A stretch of 63,991 nt of DNA, filler included, from a bacterium (GTDB taxonomy: Bacteria; JALSQH01): NCBI GenBank assembly GCA_027004335.1. It is 13 parts of 13 records of this genome, joined end to end, with 100 filler letters (N's around TTAATTAATTAA, not from the genome) between each part and the next. Parts side by side here need not be neighbours in the genome. Positions count along the whole stretch, not along the records: positions 15,840 to 23,519 come from JALTID010000192.1; positions 23,620 to 26,172 come from JALTID010000193.1; positions 26,273 to 28,798 come from JALTID010000194.1; positions 28,899 to 36,469 come from JALTID010000195.1; 9 more parts are not named here. One strand, 5' to 3'. Of the stretch, positions 20,931 to 30,203 are shown one piece after another; the stretch's first letter is position 1; each line of letters starts with the position of its first letter. A program made the translations under genes and the position numbers. The notes under the pieces were generated by a model, which saw nothing but the letters and a program-made list of their open reading frames with translations, was not told the origin of the DNA and searched no databases.

Positions 20931-22612
20931 ACTTCATGCTTTTTAAAGAGACCCACAAATACATTCCTTGCTTCCCAGAAGATGAAGAAAGCCAGCAGAA
21001 ATAGGACCGCAGCAGTTATAGCAATAGTAATATTAGGCTTGATCCAGACAAATTTATAAAACTGGAATGCCAGAGCTCCCATTGTTGTGAGTAACATGAG
21101 AATTGCTGGAATAACAGTATATGCAAAAGGTTTTCTTACTCCGAGGAAGTAGGCACTTACAACTGTGAGTGTTAAAGCTGCCACTAACTGGTTGGATGCG
21201 CCGAAAACAGGCCAGATGGTTTTCCAGCTGCCTGAAGCGCCGAAGTACCATGCAAAAGCTATTGTGATTATTGTAGCTATCCATCTATTAGCAACAAGGG
21301 GAATGGAATCCCTAGTTAATTCCTGTAGAATGAATCTAGCCAGTCTTGTAGCAGTATCAAGTGTTGTTATAACAAATCCATTGAGCATCAGCATCCCTAC
21401 ATAAATGCCAATTTTTGTATTTAATCCAGGTATCTCTTTTACTAACTGGCCGAATCCTGTGGCGAAAGTTGTGATTGGTCCACCACCTTTAGCTTTTGTC
21501 ATGAGGAACTGGTATCCGATTCCTCCTCCTGTACCGGTGGGATCCCATTTGAGAGCGGCAGCACCAATTACTATGACAAGAGTAGCAAGGGTTGCCTCCA
21601 TTATCATTGCACCATAACCTATAACTTTTCCGTGGCTTTCCTTATCCAACTGCTTGGATGTAGTGCCTCCTGCAACAAGAGAGTGGAAACCTGAAATTGC
21701 ACCACATGCAATTATCACAAAGAGCATTGGCCAGAGAGGTCCCACCTTGGTAGAAAAATGAGTGAATGCAGGGGCATTTATGATGGGATGGGCAAAAATT
21801 AATCCTAAATATCCCAGGCCCATCCCCAGAAATAGCAGCCACATACTCAGGTAATCCCGGGGCTGCAAAAGCAGCCATACAGGTAGGACTGATGCAAAAA
21901 GTGCGTATATCATTAATATCCCGAACCATGTCATAGAAGCACTGGATGTAAAAATTGTGAAATTGACCGTCCTTGGTAATGGAAGAGGATAAAGATCTCC
22001 CAGATAAAGGAAGAAAGCTATTAGTAGGAGTGCTATAACTGTACCGAGCCAGATGGGTGTACCTGCCCTGTATACAAGCCATCCGAAAAAAACTGCGATA
22101 AAAATTAACATAAAAGTGGGCAAGACAATGGAAGGCTGAGCAATAAAGGTTTTTGCTGTGACAACACCGAAGACTGCCACTACAAGAACAAGGGTGATCC
22201 AGATGAAAATAGCAAATATTATTCTTGCCCGGTGACTGACTACTTCCTCTGCTACATCTGCCATAGAATTGCCTTTGTTTCTTACTGAAACCATGAGAGA
22301 TGTAAAATCGTGTACTGCTCCCATGAAAACAGCTCCCAATGCTACCCAGAGACTTGCTGCAAGCCATCCAAAGTAGAGAACTGCAATAATAGGCCCAACA
22401 ATAGGTCCTGCTCCTGCAATTGAGGAAAAGTGGTGTCCGAAGAGGATAGGGGTTTTCGCCGGGGAGTAATCCACCCCATCGTTGTATTTCACAGCGGGGG
22501 TGGATTTGCTGTCATCGGGTTGAATGAGTTTCTTTTCTATGATTTTTCCGTAGATAAAGTAACCTCCCCACAACCAGACAAGCATAATAATCGCCCAGAT
22601 AAGGCCATTCAT
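20918..22612 (-). CDS. cstA: carbon starvation protein A family transporter
   Basis: FGHHFSSIAGAGPIVGP, LLQPRDY, IACGAISGFH, TTLDTATR. Confidence 0.93.
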   Translation of the reverse strand: MNGLIWAIIMLVWLWGGYFIYGKIIEKKLIQPDDSKSTPAVKYNDGVDYSPAKTPILFGHHFSSIAGAGPIVGPIIAVLYFGWLAASLWVALGAVFMGAVHDFTSLMVSVRNKGNSMADVAEEVVSHRARIIFAIFIWITLVLVVAVFGVVTAKTFIAQPSIVLPTFMLIFIAVFFGWLVYRAGTPIWLGTVIALLLIAFFLYLGDLYPLPLPRTVNFTIFTSSASMTWFGILMIYALFASVLPVWLLLQPRDYLSMWLLFLGMGLGYLGLIFAHPIINAPAFTHFSTKVGPLWPMLFVIIACGAISGFHSLVAGGTTSKQLDKESHGKVIGYGAMIMEATLATLVIVIGAAALKWDPTGTGGGIGYQFLMTKAKGGGPITTFATGFGQLVKEIPGLNTKIGIYVGMLMLNGFVITTLDTATRLARFILQELTRDSIPLVANRWIATIITIAFAWYFGASGSWKTIWPVFGASNQLVAALTLTVVSAYFLGVRKPFAYTVIPAILMLLTTMGALAFQFYKFVWIKPNITIAITAAVLFLLAFFIFWEARNVFVGLFKKHEVQGS

Positions 22613-22627
22613 TTTATTACCTCCCTT

Positions 22628-22966
22628 TTAACATGCGTCGTACTGATAGGGTCGCTCTCCAAATTCATCAAGATTGATCACCTTTACTTTTTTCTCCTCA
22701 AATTGCTTTCTTAGCTTGCTTACTGCTTTAAAAATTTTTTCAGTGGTTTTAAACTCTACTATATCCTTCCAGGGAATATCTTCAAGAAATTCTTTTACTC
22801 CAGCAGTTGGTTCTTCTCTAGATACAAAAATTATTTTTTTTGAGGAAGTGTTCTTAAGAAATTTATCAAGCCCTTTAATGTCCACTACTCCTATCGCTTC
22901 TCTGTAAGCGATAATGAGGTCAAAGAATGGTTTCTCATCTTTCACAAAAATCTTAAAGAGCTTCAT
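22628..22966 (-). CDS. hypothetical protein upstream of cstA
   Basis: 112-aa ORF, 15 bp upstream of cstA on the same strand. Confidence 0.65.
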   Translation of the reverse strand: MKLFKIFVKDEKPFFDLIIAYREAIGVVDIKGLDKFLKNTSSKKIIFVSREEPTAGVKEFLEDIPWKDIVEFKTTEKIFKAVSKLRKQFEEKKVKVINLDEFGERPYQYDAC

Positions 22967-23116
22967 TTTAAATAGAGCTGTTTCTAAGATGTTAGTTTAA
23001 CAGATAATTATTTTCTCTTCCAGCGGAGATGGTTGAGGGCGATCCGTATAAGAATTAATCGGATGGAATAAAAAATTTCTTGTCCCTATAATTTTAAAAA
23101 TGAATATAATATATAT

Positions 23117-23519
23117 GGAAGGGTCCGGTACCGGGGTCGCCCCGATGGACATTTGAATGTCAGGTCGGGGAGGAAAGTCCGGACTCCACAGGGCAGGGTG
23201 GTTGGTAACACCAACCCTTCCCGCCGTTAAGGGCGGGAAGAGGGAAAGCGCCACAGAAAATAGACCGCCTATCCTCCCGATGATCAGCTGTAACTGACCA
23301 TCGGGAGCGGCAAGGGTGAAAAGGTGGTGTAAGAGACCACCGCCTCCGATGGTAACATCGGAGGGGAAGGCAAGCCCCACCTGGAGCAAGGCCAAATAGG
23401 GGGTGGCTAGCCCGGCTGTAAGCCCCCGGGTAGGCCGCTGGATTCCGATGGTGACATCGGGACAAGATAAATGACCCTACCTGACCCATTTCAGAGAAAT
23501 GGGTCAGGTAGGGTCATTT
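23117..23519 (+). ncRNA. rnpB: RNase P RNA (type A), 3' end missing
   Basis: GAGGAAAGTCCGGACTCC, GAAAGCGCCACAGAAAA, GGGTGAAAAGGTGGTGTAAGAGACCACCG, GAGCAAGGCCAAATAGG, AGATAAATGA; GC-rich island after TATAAT (23105-23110). Confidence 0.96.
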
Positions 23520-23619
23520 NNNNNNNNNNNNNNNNNNNNNNNNNNNNNNNNNNNNNNNNNNNNTTAATTAATTAANNNNNNNNNNNNNNNNNNNNNNNNN
23601 NNNNNNNNNNNNNNNNNNN

Positions 23620-23937
23620 AAAGATTCTCTTGAGATTCTTGAAAAGCAGATACTGAGTGGCCTGGTTCTGGGAATAATTTATGGTATTTTAGTAGGAGTA
23701 ATTGCCGCAGTAAGAGCTTCAGATATTCCAATTTTTACAATGGTTATTGTTGTTTCCATGACTGCTGAGATGACAATAGCTTCTCTCATTGGTACCTCTC
23801 TTCCTCTCTTTTTTGAATCTATCCATGTTGACCCTGCAGTTGCCACTGGACCATTTATAAGCACCACGATGGATATTATCGGAATACTAACCTATTTCAC
23901 TGCTTCTATCCTTTTACTTGGTAGGTACCTTAATTAG
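23620..23937 (+). CDS. mgtE: magnesium transporter MgtE, C-terminal fragment
   Basis: DPAVATGPFISTTMDIIG; frame open from contig start. Confidence 0.88.
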   Translation, partial: KDSLEILEKQILSGLVLGIIYGILVGVIAAVRASDIPIFTMVIVVSMTAEMTIASLIGTSLPLFFESIHVDPAVATGPFISTTMDIIGILTYFTASILLLGRYLN

Positions 23938-23995
23938 TTTGACGGAGTTTTTTTCTTTTTATAGAATAATAGTAAGCAAGTTTTGAGAGGGGCAA

Positions 23996-25261
23996 ATGGA
24001 AAAGAGTGAATATTTTGTATTAAAAATTCCGAAATCAGCTTTACCAAGGACTTTTCATCCTGAAAAAGGTAAATTTTCTTTGATCTTTAGCGGGTCTGAA
24101 TTACTTATTTTAAAAAGAAAGGAAACTATAACTTCCGAAGGTCCTGTCTATATGACATTATGGGGAGATATTAGAAGTTTTTTAGTGCCTGAGGTACTTG
24201 ATATTCTCCACCTTTCAATGAAGTCTGGCATACTTAATTTTGATTTTGAGGATAATATTCAAAAAACGCTGTACCTCAGGAATGGAGAGGTTATTTTTGC
24301 CCAGTCATCTATTGACGATGATAGATTGGGAGAAACACTAATCAGGGAAGGGAAAATTACCAAGGAACAGTTTATTGAGGCAAGTAAAGAAGTGGGACCT
24401 GGTAAACATTTTGGTAGTATTCTTGTGGAGAAGGGATTTATAAGACCAGGTGATCTTGATGTTGGAATTAAGACGCAACTGGAAGGTATTGTAATTTCTC
24501 TTTTCCAGTATAAAAAAGGTAAATTCTATTTTTTAGAGGGTAAGGATATTGTGGATGATATCCAGAGAGTGGATATTAACATAGAAGAATTGATAGTGAA
24601 AGGCATTAAGACCACTCCTTTTTTTATTGAAGTTATGGATGAATCCAATTTAGGTTATATAGTTACTGTTGTTCTTGATTATAATCCCGACGCGGTCATG
24701 CTGAATCCACTGGAGGAAAAGATAGTTTCATATATAAGTGAAGAAGGAGGAGAAACATCCCTTCTCTCAATCCTGAGGGCTCTCCAGATAAGAGAAGTTA
24801 CTCTCTTTATTACTCTTCTAAGACTTGCAAAGAAAAAAATTATTTTGATTCAAAAATCTCAAGCACGGACTGTAATGGAAGTTGAAAGTGAAATTACAGA
24901 CCAGATAGAGAGAGAGTTTGGCAGGCTGAATCAGTTCCTCTCGCAAGTTATTCTGCTTCTTGAAAAACAGGGTAAAGATGAGGTATTTCGTGTTTTTATA
25001 AATGATGCTATAAGCTCCGTTGTAGACGATCTGAAATCCATATTTGAGCATGTACAGATGTACAGAGATGGTACTCTCAATGTTGGTGTCATTGTAGAAA
25101 ATCTTGGTTACAAACCGCTTAAGGAGAGAAGATCATTTGCAGAAAGGAGCATTAGCTGGCTCGTAAGTAAGATTTTAGAGTGGGGGAGAAAAAATGGTGA
25201 CGAAGTACTTTTTAAAAAGATTGAATTTCTTGTAAAAAAGTTTAAAGAGAATGCCAGGTAA
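23996..25261 (+). CDS. DUF4388 (PatA_N-like) domain protein
   Basis: GDIRSFLVPEVLDILHLSMKSGIL, GEVIFAQSS, RLGETLIREGKIT. Confidence 0.8.
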   Translation: MEKSEYFVLKIPKSALPRTFHPEKGKFSLIFSGSELLILKRKETITSEGPVYMTLWGDIRSFLVPEVLDILHLSMKSGILNFDFEDNIQKTLYLRNGEVIFAQSSIDDDRLGETLIREGKITKEQFIEASKEVGPGKHFGSILVEKGFIRPGDLDVGIKTQLEGIVISLFQYKKGKFYFLEGKDIVDDIQRVDINIEELIVKGIKTTPFFIEVMDESNLGYIVTVVLDYNPDAVMLNPLEEKIVSYISEEGGETSLLSILRALQIREVTLFITLLRLAKKKIILIQKSQARTVMEVESEITDQIEREFGRLNQFLSQVILLLEKQGKDEVFRVFINDAISSVVDDLKSIFEHVQMYRDGTLNVGVIVENLGYKPLKERRSFAERSISWLVSKILEWGRKNGDEVLFKKIEFLVKKFKENAR

Positions 25262-26172
25262 CAGAATTAAACTTGAATTCGGGCTCAGAGGTGAAATTAA
25301 ACTGCCAGCTCAGCTTGTTGAAAAATACAGTTTGAAAGCCGGCACAAAGATTTATGTGGATTTTCTTTCACCATCCATAGCTTTCCTTGAAAGAGAATCG
25401 GTCGTGAAGTTGCCTCTTAAAAATTCAGATTTCTCCCTTTCTTTAATTGGAAATATTTCAATATTTGGTGTAGCAGATATTTTTTCAATAATTAATATGA
25501 GCCAGAAAAGCGGAGTTTTGGTCTTTGAGGTTAATGATGTGAGAAAGAGCATTTATTTTAAAAAAGGGGAAATAATTTATGCCCATAGTACAGATTATGA
25601 GGACAGACTTGGAAATATACTTTTTAAAGTTGGGAAAATAACAGAAGAACAATTAAGAAAAGCAGAATCTGAAATGATCGCAGGGAAGAGGTTTGGTGCC
25701 ATTTTAGTTGAGAAAGGTTTTATCACTGAAAAAGATCTGTGGGCGGGGGTAAAATACCAGATTGAAGAAATCGTTTACAGCGTTTTCACTCTCCATGAAG
25801 GGATTTATTATTTTATTCAAGGGGAACTTGTTTATCGGGATCTCGGGAGATTTACTTTGAATACTCAGAATATTCTCATGGAAGGATTTAGAAGACTTGA
25901 TGAAATGTCACTGATAACTGAGAAAATACCTTCCAAAAATGTAGTGTTGATGAGAGCTAAAGATGAGCCTACAGCTTCTATGCCTCCTTCTCTTAAGAAA
26001 CTGTGGAGTTTGATTGATGGAAAGAGAACCCTTGCTGATCTGATCAGATTGTCAGGCCTTGGAGAATTTAACGCTTTCAAAGGGGTGTATGAGCTTTTGA
26101 GATCTGGATTAGTTGAGGTAGTGGAAGGGGGTGAAGATGATGAAGATGATGTTTTTGTAAAAATAGTAAAGG
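25251..26172 (+). CDS. DUF4388 domain protein with wHTH-like segment, 3' truncated
   Basis: GNISIFGVADIFSIINMSQKSG, RLGNILFKVGKIT, LMEGFRRLDE, LIDGKRTLADL. Confidence 0.8.
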
Positions 26173-26272
26173 NNNNNNNNNNNNNNNNNNNNNNNNNNNN
26201 NNNNNNNNNNNNNNNNTTAATTAATTAANNNNNNNNNNNNNNNNNNNNNNNNNNNNNNNNNNNNNNNNNNNN

Positions 26273-27034
26273 CCGTATAATTTCTTTAATCCATATGAGA
26301 TATGGTTATTTGTGGTTTTAATCCTTGGAATAAGCTTTGCAGGTTATGTTGCAATAAAGTTTATTGGCCCTGGTAAAGGTGTTGGAATTACTTCTCTCTT
26401 AGGTGGTCTTGCCTCCAGTACCGCAGTTACGCTCAGCTTCTCAAGAAGATCAGTTACAAATCCAAAGCTTTCTGGTGTTTTTTCAATGGGGATTATAACC
26501 GCATCTTCAATAATGTATTTTCGTATGATCGTAATTATCTGGATAATAAATTCTTCACTTGGTTATATGTTACTTCTGCCTCTTGCAATAAGCGGAATTG
26601 GAGGCCTGGCATTTGCTGCTTACCTTTATTATATTGAAGGAAAAAATGTTAAGCATTCTGAAGAGATAAAATTATCAAACCCGTTCCGGCTTTCCCAGGG
26701 GATATATCTTGGAATTCTTTACACGGTGATAATTTATCTTGTGGAGTATGTTAAACATACATGGGGGAGTAAAGGCGTTCTCTGGTTTAGTTTTATTTCA
26801 GGTTTGCCTGATGTTGATCCTATTCTTCTTTCTTTTTCAAAATTGGGAGGGAAGGGGGTCCCACTTTTAGTCGCTGCAAAGGGTGTAATAATCGCATCAA
26901 TAGCTAATTCAGTAACAAAAATGGTCCTCGCCTTTTTTCTTGGGAAAGGAAAAGTAAGAAAAGCTGGTGTAGCAGGTTTCTTAATAATGATAATTATTTC
27001 TATGCTTGCTATGATTTTTTTGCTTCCTGGTTAA
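26273..27034 (+). CDS. DUF4010/MgtC-SapB membrane protein, C-terminal part
   Basis: NPYEIWLFVV, GGLASSTAVT, SNPF, SGLPDVD. Confidence 0.82.
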   Translation, partial: PYNFFNPYEIWLFVVLILGISFAGYVAIKFIGPGKGVGITSLLGGLASSTAVTLSFSRRSVTNPKLSGVFSMGIITASSIMYFRMIVIIWIINSSLGYMLLLPLAISGIGGLAFAAYLYYIEGKNVKHSEEIKLSNPFRLSQGIYLGILYTVIIYLVEYVKHTWGSKGVLWFSFISGLPDVDPILLSFSKLGGKGVPLLVAAKGVIIASIANSVTKMVLAFFLGKGKVRKAGVAGFLIMIIISMLAMIFLLPG

Positions 27035-27389
27035 CTGGGATTTCTGATTCATCTCCTGTTTGATTCGGCTGGCTTTTTAGTATTGTTTTCCTTAGCTCTG
27101 ATAGATCTCTTGCAATATCAAACAGTACCACAGTGATCTCAAGCCAGACTCTGGTTCCTGTTACTGCAATCAAAAAGATGGCAGGAGAAATGATGAGATT
27201 CAGAATTCCCCTCCAGAAAGAAATTCCAAAACCGTCTATAATGAAAATCAAGGTGAAAAGTGAGATTAACGCAATAGCAAGAGCATAAATCAACCCTGCA
27301 AGCCTGATTGTGATGAATTCTTTGAATTCAAAATCAAAAAGGGATTGCCAGAAAGAATTTTTACCTGAAGGATCCATATTGACCTCCAT
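27009..27389 (-). CDS. DUF4282 family membrane protein
   Basis: LFDFEFKEFIT...RVWLEITVVLF. Confidence 0.8.
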   Translation of the reverse strand: MEVNMDPSGKNSFWQSLFDFEFKEFITIRLAGLIYALAIALISLFTLIFIIDGFGISFWRGILNLIISPAIFLIAVTGTRVWLEITVVLFDIARDLSELRKTILKSQPNQTGDESEIPVNQEAKKS

Positions 27390-27447
27390 CTAAAATAGAA
27401 TTATACTAACATTTAAATATAAACAAAAATTTATAAGGAGTCAAGAA

Positions 27448-27768
27448 ATGGGTGGTCTTTTTGAATTTGAAAGTAGATTTGGAGAAGAGATAAGGTGGTG
27501 TAGTAGGGATACCTTGATTGGTTCAATATTTGAGTTAAAAAAAGGAGCAGAGGTTTCAAAAAAGCTTCTTGAAGAAAGAGCATGTGTTTTTGTGGAGAAA
27601 GGGAGTATTGAATTAGAATATTCAATTCCTTCACTTGGTAGAAAGATCATCAGGTTATCTGAGGGTGACAGCTTTTATTTTCCACAAACTACGGAGTTCA
27701 GAATAAAAGTTTTACATAAAATAAAGATGATCTATGTAGAAGTAAAAACTCAGGAAATTATGGAGTAG
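27448..27768 (+). CDS. cupin-fold hypothetical protein
   Basis: FVEKGSIEL...LSEGDSFYFP; AAGGAG RBS. Confidence 0.6.
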   Translation: MGGLFEFESRFGEEIRWCSRDTLIGSIFELKKGAEVSKKLLEERACVFVEKGSIELEYSIPSLGRKIIRLSEGDSFYFPQTTEFRIKVLHKIKMIYVEVKTQEIME

Positions 27769-27770
27769 TC

Positions 27771-28784
27771 TTGATACGAAAGATTTTTAAATCATGGAGA
27801 TTCTTTTTTGGTGCTTCAATCAGTATCCTCTTTCTTTACCTTGCTTTGAGAGGTACTCAATGGGGGGAAGTTCTGCATTATCTTATTTCAATTAATCCCC
27901 TCTACTTATTTTACACTTTTCTTCTTTTGATTATCCATTATATTTTTCGGGCTCTTAGATGGCAATATATATGTAATTCCTCAAAATTTATAACTTTTGA
28001 TGGGGCTCTTTCTTCAATAATCATCGGTTACTTTGTAAATCTTGTGCTACCTCTCAGACTTGGTGAATTGGCTAAGGTCTCTGTTACAGTTGAAAGAAAT
28101 AGAGAAATTTCCTTCACGGAGGGAATAGGATACCTCATCATTGAGCGAGGAATGGACCTTTTCACTCTTCTACTGATTTTTGCATTAATTTTACCTTACA
28201 TAAAGTTATCAGAAGAAGTAACGGAAGATTTATTGATTGTTTTCTATGTTATAATTACTTTGTTTCTCATACTGCTGTTTCTCTCAAGAACAATCAAAGT
28301 GNNNNNNNNNNCTTTAGGCGAACCTGTTATTTTTACTATGACAGAAGAAGACCTTGAAACTTCAACTAAATTGAAAAGTACTTTTTTAAAATTTGTAATG
28401 GGGTTAAAAGTTCTTGGTGGGGCAGGAAAGGTTTCAGTTCTGATTTTATTCTCGCTACTTTTATGGCCGTGGGTCCTCCTGTACTATTATTTTCTGCTTA
28501 TTTCTGTGGGTATCCATCTTTCTCTCGTGGTATCACTCCTCTTACCCATTGTGGTAGGAGTTGGGATAGCTTTACCATCGGCCCCTGGTTTTATTGGAAC
28601 TTATGAGTACTTTGTAATGGTTGTCCTTGAAGCTTATAAAATTCCCCATGATAGAGCTCTCGCTGCGGCACTTATAATCCATTTCTGGCAGTACCTTGTT
28701 TTGCTCACTCTGGGGTTTATTTTTATGTTACGAGAGGGATTTACTTTTAACAAGATTTTTTCAGATTCTTCTGAAAAAAACTGA
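27771..28784 (+). CDS. lysylphosphatidylglycerol synthase TM-region (flippase-like) protein; 10-N gap inside
   Basis: RALRW, PLRLGE, ERGMD, PSAPGFIGTYE. Confidence 0.85.
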   Translation: MIRKIFKSWRFFFGASISILFLYLALRGTQWGEVLHYLISINPLYLFYTFLLLIIHYIFRALRWQYICNSSKFITFDGALSSIIIGYFVNLVLPLRLGELAKVSVTVERNREISFTEGIGYLIIERGMDLFTLLLIFALILPYIKLSEEVTEDLLIVFYVIITLFLILLFLSRTIKVXXXXLGEPVIFTMTEEDLETSTKLKSTFLKFVMGLKVLGGAGKVSVLILFSLLLWPWVLLYYYFLLISVGIHLSLVVSLLLPIVVGVGIALPSAPGFIGTYEYFVMVVLEAYKIPHDRALAAALIIHFWQYLVLLTLGFIFMLREGFTFNKIFSDSSEKN

Positions 28785-28898
28785 ATACAATATACAATNN
28801 NNNNNNNNNNNNNNNNNNNNNNNNNNNNNNNNNNNNNNNNNNTTAATTAATTAANNNNNNNNNNNNNNNNNNNNNNNNNNNNNNNNNNNNNNNNNNNN

Positions 28899-29035
28899 AG
28901 AACAATGGAGAGGATCTTGAGAAGGGAACTTACTCCCTGAAGGGCGTGTCTGTGAGACTCTTTAAAATGATATTTCGCTTTATCAAACTCTTCTGAAACC
29001 TCAGTCAGACTCAGTAATTTTTTTTCGCTTTCCAT
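28899..29035 (-). CDS. small helical protein downstream of ArsA-like ATPase, truncated
   Basis: GGTGAGGAG RBS; MESEKK...HFKESHRHALQGVSSLL. Confidence 0.55.
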
Positions 29036-29042
29036 TTTCTCC

Positions 29043-30203
29043 TCACCTGAAATAGAGTTTAAGAGAATCATCCTTGTATTTAGCTTTTATTAAATCTCTT
29101 ACAGCGATGCTTCTGGGAAGAGGGATACTTCTCTGAAAGTTCCTAACTTTTATAGTAACCTCATCACTTGTTCTCCAGATGGAAATTTCTCTTCTGTCAA
29201 CATTTGGTAAATTCACATTGAGTAAAAAAAATTTATCTTCTTTAATCACTTCAAAAGGCTTATCAAAATAAAATACCTCTGCAGGATCCTCATCAACAAA
29301 AATCGCATTTCCCAATTTTTCAAGAGAATCTAAGTTTATAACCTCATCCTCAAAATATGGAGCAGTTTTTATGGGCAATGGGGAAAATATCTCTTCCGCC
29401 TCCTTAAGATATTCATGCTGCTTCTTCACCCAGTTTTCAAAATAGCCACCACCAGCTTCCTCAGGGAATACTTTATTTATTATCACAAGATCAACCTGCA
29501 AACCAAAAAGATGGAAATAACCAAGAGCTCTCTGGGATTCCTGAAAGACCATCTTTTCAGGGTTTGCTACAAGCCTGATAGATGTAACCTCAGGATTTAC
29601 TAAAATCTTCCTCAAACTCTCTATCTTCTTGTAAAGTTCCTCAAAGGCGCTGAATATCTCTTTATCAGGCATAGGGACTCTGGATAATTTCTCTGCAATG
29701 GGTCTGATTGCTGTTACGACTCTTTTTTCAATATGAAAATATTTCTCCATATACCATCTTATTGCCTCCGGAATAGCTAACATTCTTGCTGTGTTACCTG
29801 AAGGGGCACAATCTATTACCGCAACATCATACCTCCCGTTGTCATAAAATTCCCTTATCTTAAGTAAACTAAATAAATCTTCAATTCCTGGAAACATCAG
29901 CAACTCTTCAGCTGTAATTTCATTTAATCCCTGAGAGTTTAAAACCTTAACAAGATATTTTCTTATTGAATCCCAGTTCTTTCTTATTTCAGCATTAACA
30001 TCAACTTCCATTGCCCAGAGTTTATCTTTAATTTCAAGAGGCTCTCCATTTAATCTAACATCAAGAGAATCAGAGAGGGAATGTGCAGGATCAGTACTCA
30101 GAACTACTGTTCTGTAACCCTTATTAGAAGATATTATTCCCGTAGCAGCACTAACACTGGTCTTGCCAACACCTCCTTTACCTGAATAAAGAATTATTCT
30201 CAT
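29043..30203 (-). CDS. ArsA/Get3-family ATPase with C-terminal HSP20-like domain
   Basis: GKGGVGKT, STDPAHSL, DCAPSG; beta-rich C-terminus. Confidence 0.9.
   Translation of the reverse strand: MRIILYSGKGGVGKTSVSAATGIISSNKGYRTVVLSTDPAHSLSDSLDVRLNGEPLEIKDKLWAMEVDVNAEIRKNWDSIRKYLVKVLNSQGLNEITAEELLMFPGIEDLFSLLKIREFYDNGRYDVAVIDCAPSGNTARMLAIPEAIRWYMEKYFHIEKRVVTAIRPIAEKLSRVPMPDKEIFSAFEELYKKIESLRKILVNPEVTSIRLVANPEKMVFQESQRALGYFHLFGLQVDLVIINKVFPEEAGGGYFENWVKKQHEYLKEAEEIFSPLPIKTAPYFEDEVINLDSLEKLGNAIFVDEDPAEVFYFDKPFEVIKEDKFFLLNVNLPNVDRREISIWRTSDEVTIKVRNFQRSIPLPRSIAVRDLIKAKYKDDSLKLYFR

Noticed and set aside
22997..23489. Minus-strand ORFs 22997-23395 and 23160-23489
   Set aside because: Shadow ORFs antisense to the GC-rich RNase P RNA.
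29043..30203. Arsenic-resistance locus
   Set aside because: Single ATPase domain with HSP20-like tail and no arsB/acr3/arsC/arsR on the contig.
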